From: the human T2T-CHM13v2.0 reference genome, Homo sapiens
Assembly: GCF_009914755.1 (NCBI RefSeq)
Contig: NC_060947.1
Reading direction: 5' to 3' (one strand)
Length of the DNA: 64,000 nucleotides
The translations under genes and the position numbers were made by a program. The notes below the pieces were generated by a model that was given only the letters and a program-made list of their open reading frames with translations, was not told where the DNA came from and searched no databases. How positions within the stretch are numbered: position 1 is the stretch's first letter; each line of letters opens with the position of its first letter. Below are positions 61,401-64,000 of the stretch, in pieces.

Positions 61401-64000
61401 GAGTTGAATACAAACATCACAAAGTAGTTTCCGAGAATGCTTCTGTTTAGTTCTTATGTGAAGATGATCCCGTTTCCAGTGAAATCTTCAAAGAGGTCCA
61501 CATATCCCCTTGCAGATTCCAAAGAAAGAGGGTTTCAAAACTGCTCCATCAAAAGGATTGTTCAACTCTGTGAGTTGAATGCAGTCATCGCAGAAAACTT
61601 TCTGAGAATGCTTCTGTCTAGGTTTGATGTGAAGATATAGACGTTTCAAACGAAGGCTACAAAGTGGTCAAAATATACACTTGCAGATTCTACTACAAGG
61701 GTGTTGCAAACCTGGACTATCAAAGGAAGGTTCAACTCTGTGAGTTGAATACAAACATCACAAAGAATGTTCTGAGTTTGCTTCCGTTCAGTTATGGGAA
61801 GTTGATCCCTTTCCCAAAGAAATCCTTAGAGAGGTCCAAATATCCCCTTGCAGAATCTACAAAACGTGTGATTGGAAACTGCTCCATCATAACGAATGTT
61901 CAGCTCTCTGAGTTAAACTCCATCGTCACAAAGAATTTTCTGAGAGTGCTACCGTCTAGTTTTAATATGAAGTTCGTTCCTTTACTACCACAGGCCTCAA
62001 AGTGGTCCAAATCTCCACTTGCAGATTCTACAAAAAGAGTGTTTGCAAACTGCTCTATCAAAAGGAATGTTCAACTCTGGGAGTTGAATGCAATCATCAC
62101 AGAGCAGTTTCTGAGAATGCTTCTATGACGTTTTTAGGAGAAGATATTTCCTTTTCCAACACAGTCCTCCAAGCCCGCTAAATATCCACTTGCACATTGT
62201 AGAAAAAGTGTGTCGAAGCTGCGCTATCAAAGGGAAAGTTCAACTCTGTGAGGTGAATGCAAACATCCCAAAGAAGTTTCTGAGAATGCTTCCGTTTAGC
62301 TTTTAGGTGAAGATTATCCCGTTTCCAACGAAATCTTCAAAAAGGTCCAAATATCCCCTTGCGGATCCCACAGAAAGAGTGTTTCGAAACTGCTGTTACA
62401 AAAGGAATCTTCAACTCTGTGAGTTGAATGCAATCATCACAAAGAAGTTTCTGACAATGCTTCTCTCTCGTCTTTCTGTGAAGATAAAGGAAAAGGCTTT
62501 CAGGCCTTTTCCACCACAGGCCTGAAAGCGCTCCAAATGTCCACTTGCAGATTCTGCCAAAAGAATATTTCAAAACTGCTCTATGAAAAGCAATGTTAAA
62601 CTCTGCGGCTCGAACACCAACATCACAAAGCAGTTTCTGAGAATGCTTCAGTTTAGTTTTTCTGTGGAAATATTCCCGTTTCCAAAGAAATCTTCCAAGA
62701 GGTCCACGTATCCACTTACAGATTCTACAAAAAGACAGTTTCAAAACGGCTCAATCAAAAGGCGGGTTCAACTGTGCGACTTGAATGCAATCATCACTCA
62801 GAAGTTTCTGAGAATGCTTCTCTTTAGTTTTTACGTGAACATATATCCGTTTCGAACGAAGGCCACCCAGTGGTCCAAATATCCACTTGCAGATTCTACA
62901 GAAAGAGTGTTTCGAACCTGAACTCTCAAAGGCAGGTTCATCTCTGCGAGTTAAATGCATTCATCATGAAGAACTTTCTCAGAGTGTTTGTGTTTAGTTA
63001 TGGGAAATTATTCCCGTTTCCAATGAAATCCTCCGAGAGGTCCAAATATCCACCTGCAGATTCTACCAAAAGTGTATTTGGAAACTGCTCCATCAAAAGG
63101 CATGTTCAGCTCTGTGAGTGAAACTCCATCATCACAAAGAATATTCTGAGAATGCTTCCGTTTGCCTTTTATATGAAGTTCCTTCCTATACTACCGTAGG
63201 CCCCAAAGCAGTCCAAATCTCCATTTGCAGATTCTACAAAAAGAGTGATTCCAATCTGCTCTATCAATAGGATTGTTCAACTCCATGAGTTGAATGCCAT
63301 CCTCACAAAGTCGTTTCTGAGAATGCTTCTATCTAGTTTTTATGTGAAGATATTTCCTTTTCCACCACAGGCCTCAAAGCCCTCCAAACGTCCGCTTGCA
63401 GATTCTCGAAAAAGAGTGTTTCATAGCTGCTCTTTCAAAAGGAAAGTTCAACTCTGGGAGTTGAATACAAACATCACAAAGTAGTTTCCGAGAATGCTTC
63501 TGTTTAGTTCTTATGTGAAGATGATCCCGTTTCCAGTGAAATCTTCAATGAGGTCCACATATCCCCTTGCAGATTCCAAAGAAAGAGGGTTTCAACACTG
63601 CTCCATCAAAAGGATTGTTCAACTCTGTGAGTTGAATGCAGTCATCGCAGAAAACTTTCTGAGAATGCTTCTGTCTAGGTTTGATGTGAAGATATAGACG
63701 TTTCAAACGAAGGCTACAAAGTGGTCAAAATATACACTTGCAGATTCTACTACAAGGGTGTTGCAAACCTGAACTCTCAAAGGAAGGTTCAACTCTGTGA
63801 GTTGAATACAAACATCACAAAGAATGTTCTGAGTTTGCTTCCGTTCAGTTATGGGAAGTTGATCCCGTTTCCAACGAAATCCTCAGAGAGGTCCAAATAT
63901 CCCCTTGCAGATTCTGCAAAACGTGTGTTTGGAAACTGCTCCATCATAACGAATGTTCAGCTCTCTGAGTTAAACTCCATCGTCACAAAGAATTTTCTGA

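Larger units (their letters stand above)
1..64000 (-). repeat. DXZ1: Alpha-satellite higher-order repeat array, 12-mer / 2,057 bp, most likely human X centromere DXZ1 (SF3)
   Basis: The anchor GTGGTCAAAATATA recurs at 125, 2182, 4239, 6296, 8352 ... 61664 and 63721 (modal spacing 2,057). Within each unit, alphoid motifs (CACTTGCAGATTC, TTCAACTCTGTGAGTTGAATGCA, TTTCTGAGAATGCTTC) recur every ~171 bp. There is one BamHI site (824-829) and one PstI site (1515-1520) per unit, as in the classical 2.0-kb X alphoid repeat. Strand is given as minus because CENP-B boxes read in their canonical orientation on the minus strand. The locus assignment comes from recognition, not from a database search. Confidence 0.96.

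Noticed and set aside
125-63697. Hundreds of 64-214 aa ORFs on both strands (MVKIYT..., MKSNVK..., MKIIPF... and others)
   Set aside because: They recur with the HOR period, translate satellite motifs, overlap in several frames and are freely broken or fused by SNVs and indels. The 171-bp monomer is a multiple of 3, which explains the internal peptide repeats. There is no evidence of coding function.
1-64000. CRISPR-like array (conserved motifs at regular spacing)
   Set aside because: The intervening sequences are homologous monomer bodies that repeat every 2,057 bp, not unique spacers, and there are no cas genes.
1-64000. L1, Alu or other insertion, inversion, or monomeric alpha-satellite transition
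   Set aside because: Anchor spacing accounts for all bases (2,055-2,059 bp, with one unit of 1,889). Orientation is constant, and there is no poly(A) tail, target-site duplication or foreign sequence.
1-64000. A previously undescribed gene-based biological system
   Set aside because: Nothing in the sequence supports one. Everything is explained by a known centromeric HOR array and its variation.

Overview
The whole 64-kb window is uninterrupted, single-orientation primate alpha-satellite DNA: ~171-bp monomers organised into a 12-monomer, 2,057-bp higher-order repeat (HOR), with 31 complete copies plus partial ends. The unit length, single BamHI and PstI sites per unit, pentameric (suprachromosomal family 3) substructure and one ~186-bp monomer match the human X centromere array DXZ1. 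I see no genes, RNA genes, CRISPR arrays or transposon insertions, and all listed ORFs are repeat artefacts. I found no new gene system. The informative signal is structural: a homogeneous HOR haplotype with intact CENP-B boxes (1-~17 kb) grades into more divergent haplotype layers with eroded boxes. Other features are local one-HOR and two-HOR tandem duplications, one 11-mer deletion variant with a 10-bp microhomology junction, long-range shared variant patches, and a fold-back (templated) insertion that gives every HOR a 12-bp hairpin. HORs are numbered from the recurring anchor GTGGTCAAAATATA (HOR1 = 125, HOR2 = 2182, and so on). All variant tallies were made by eye.
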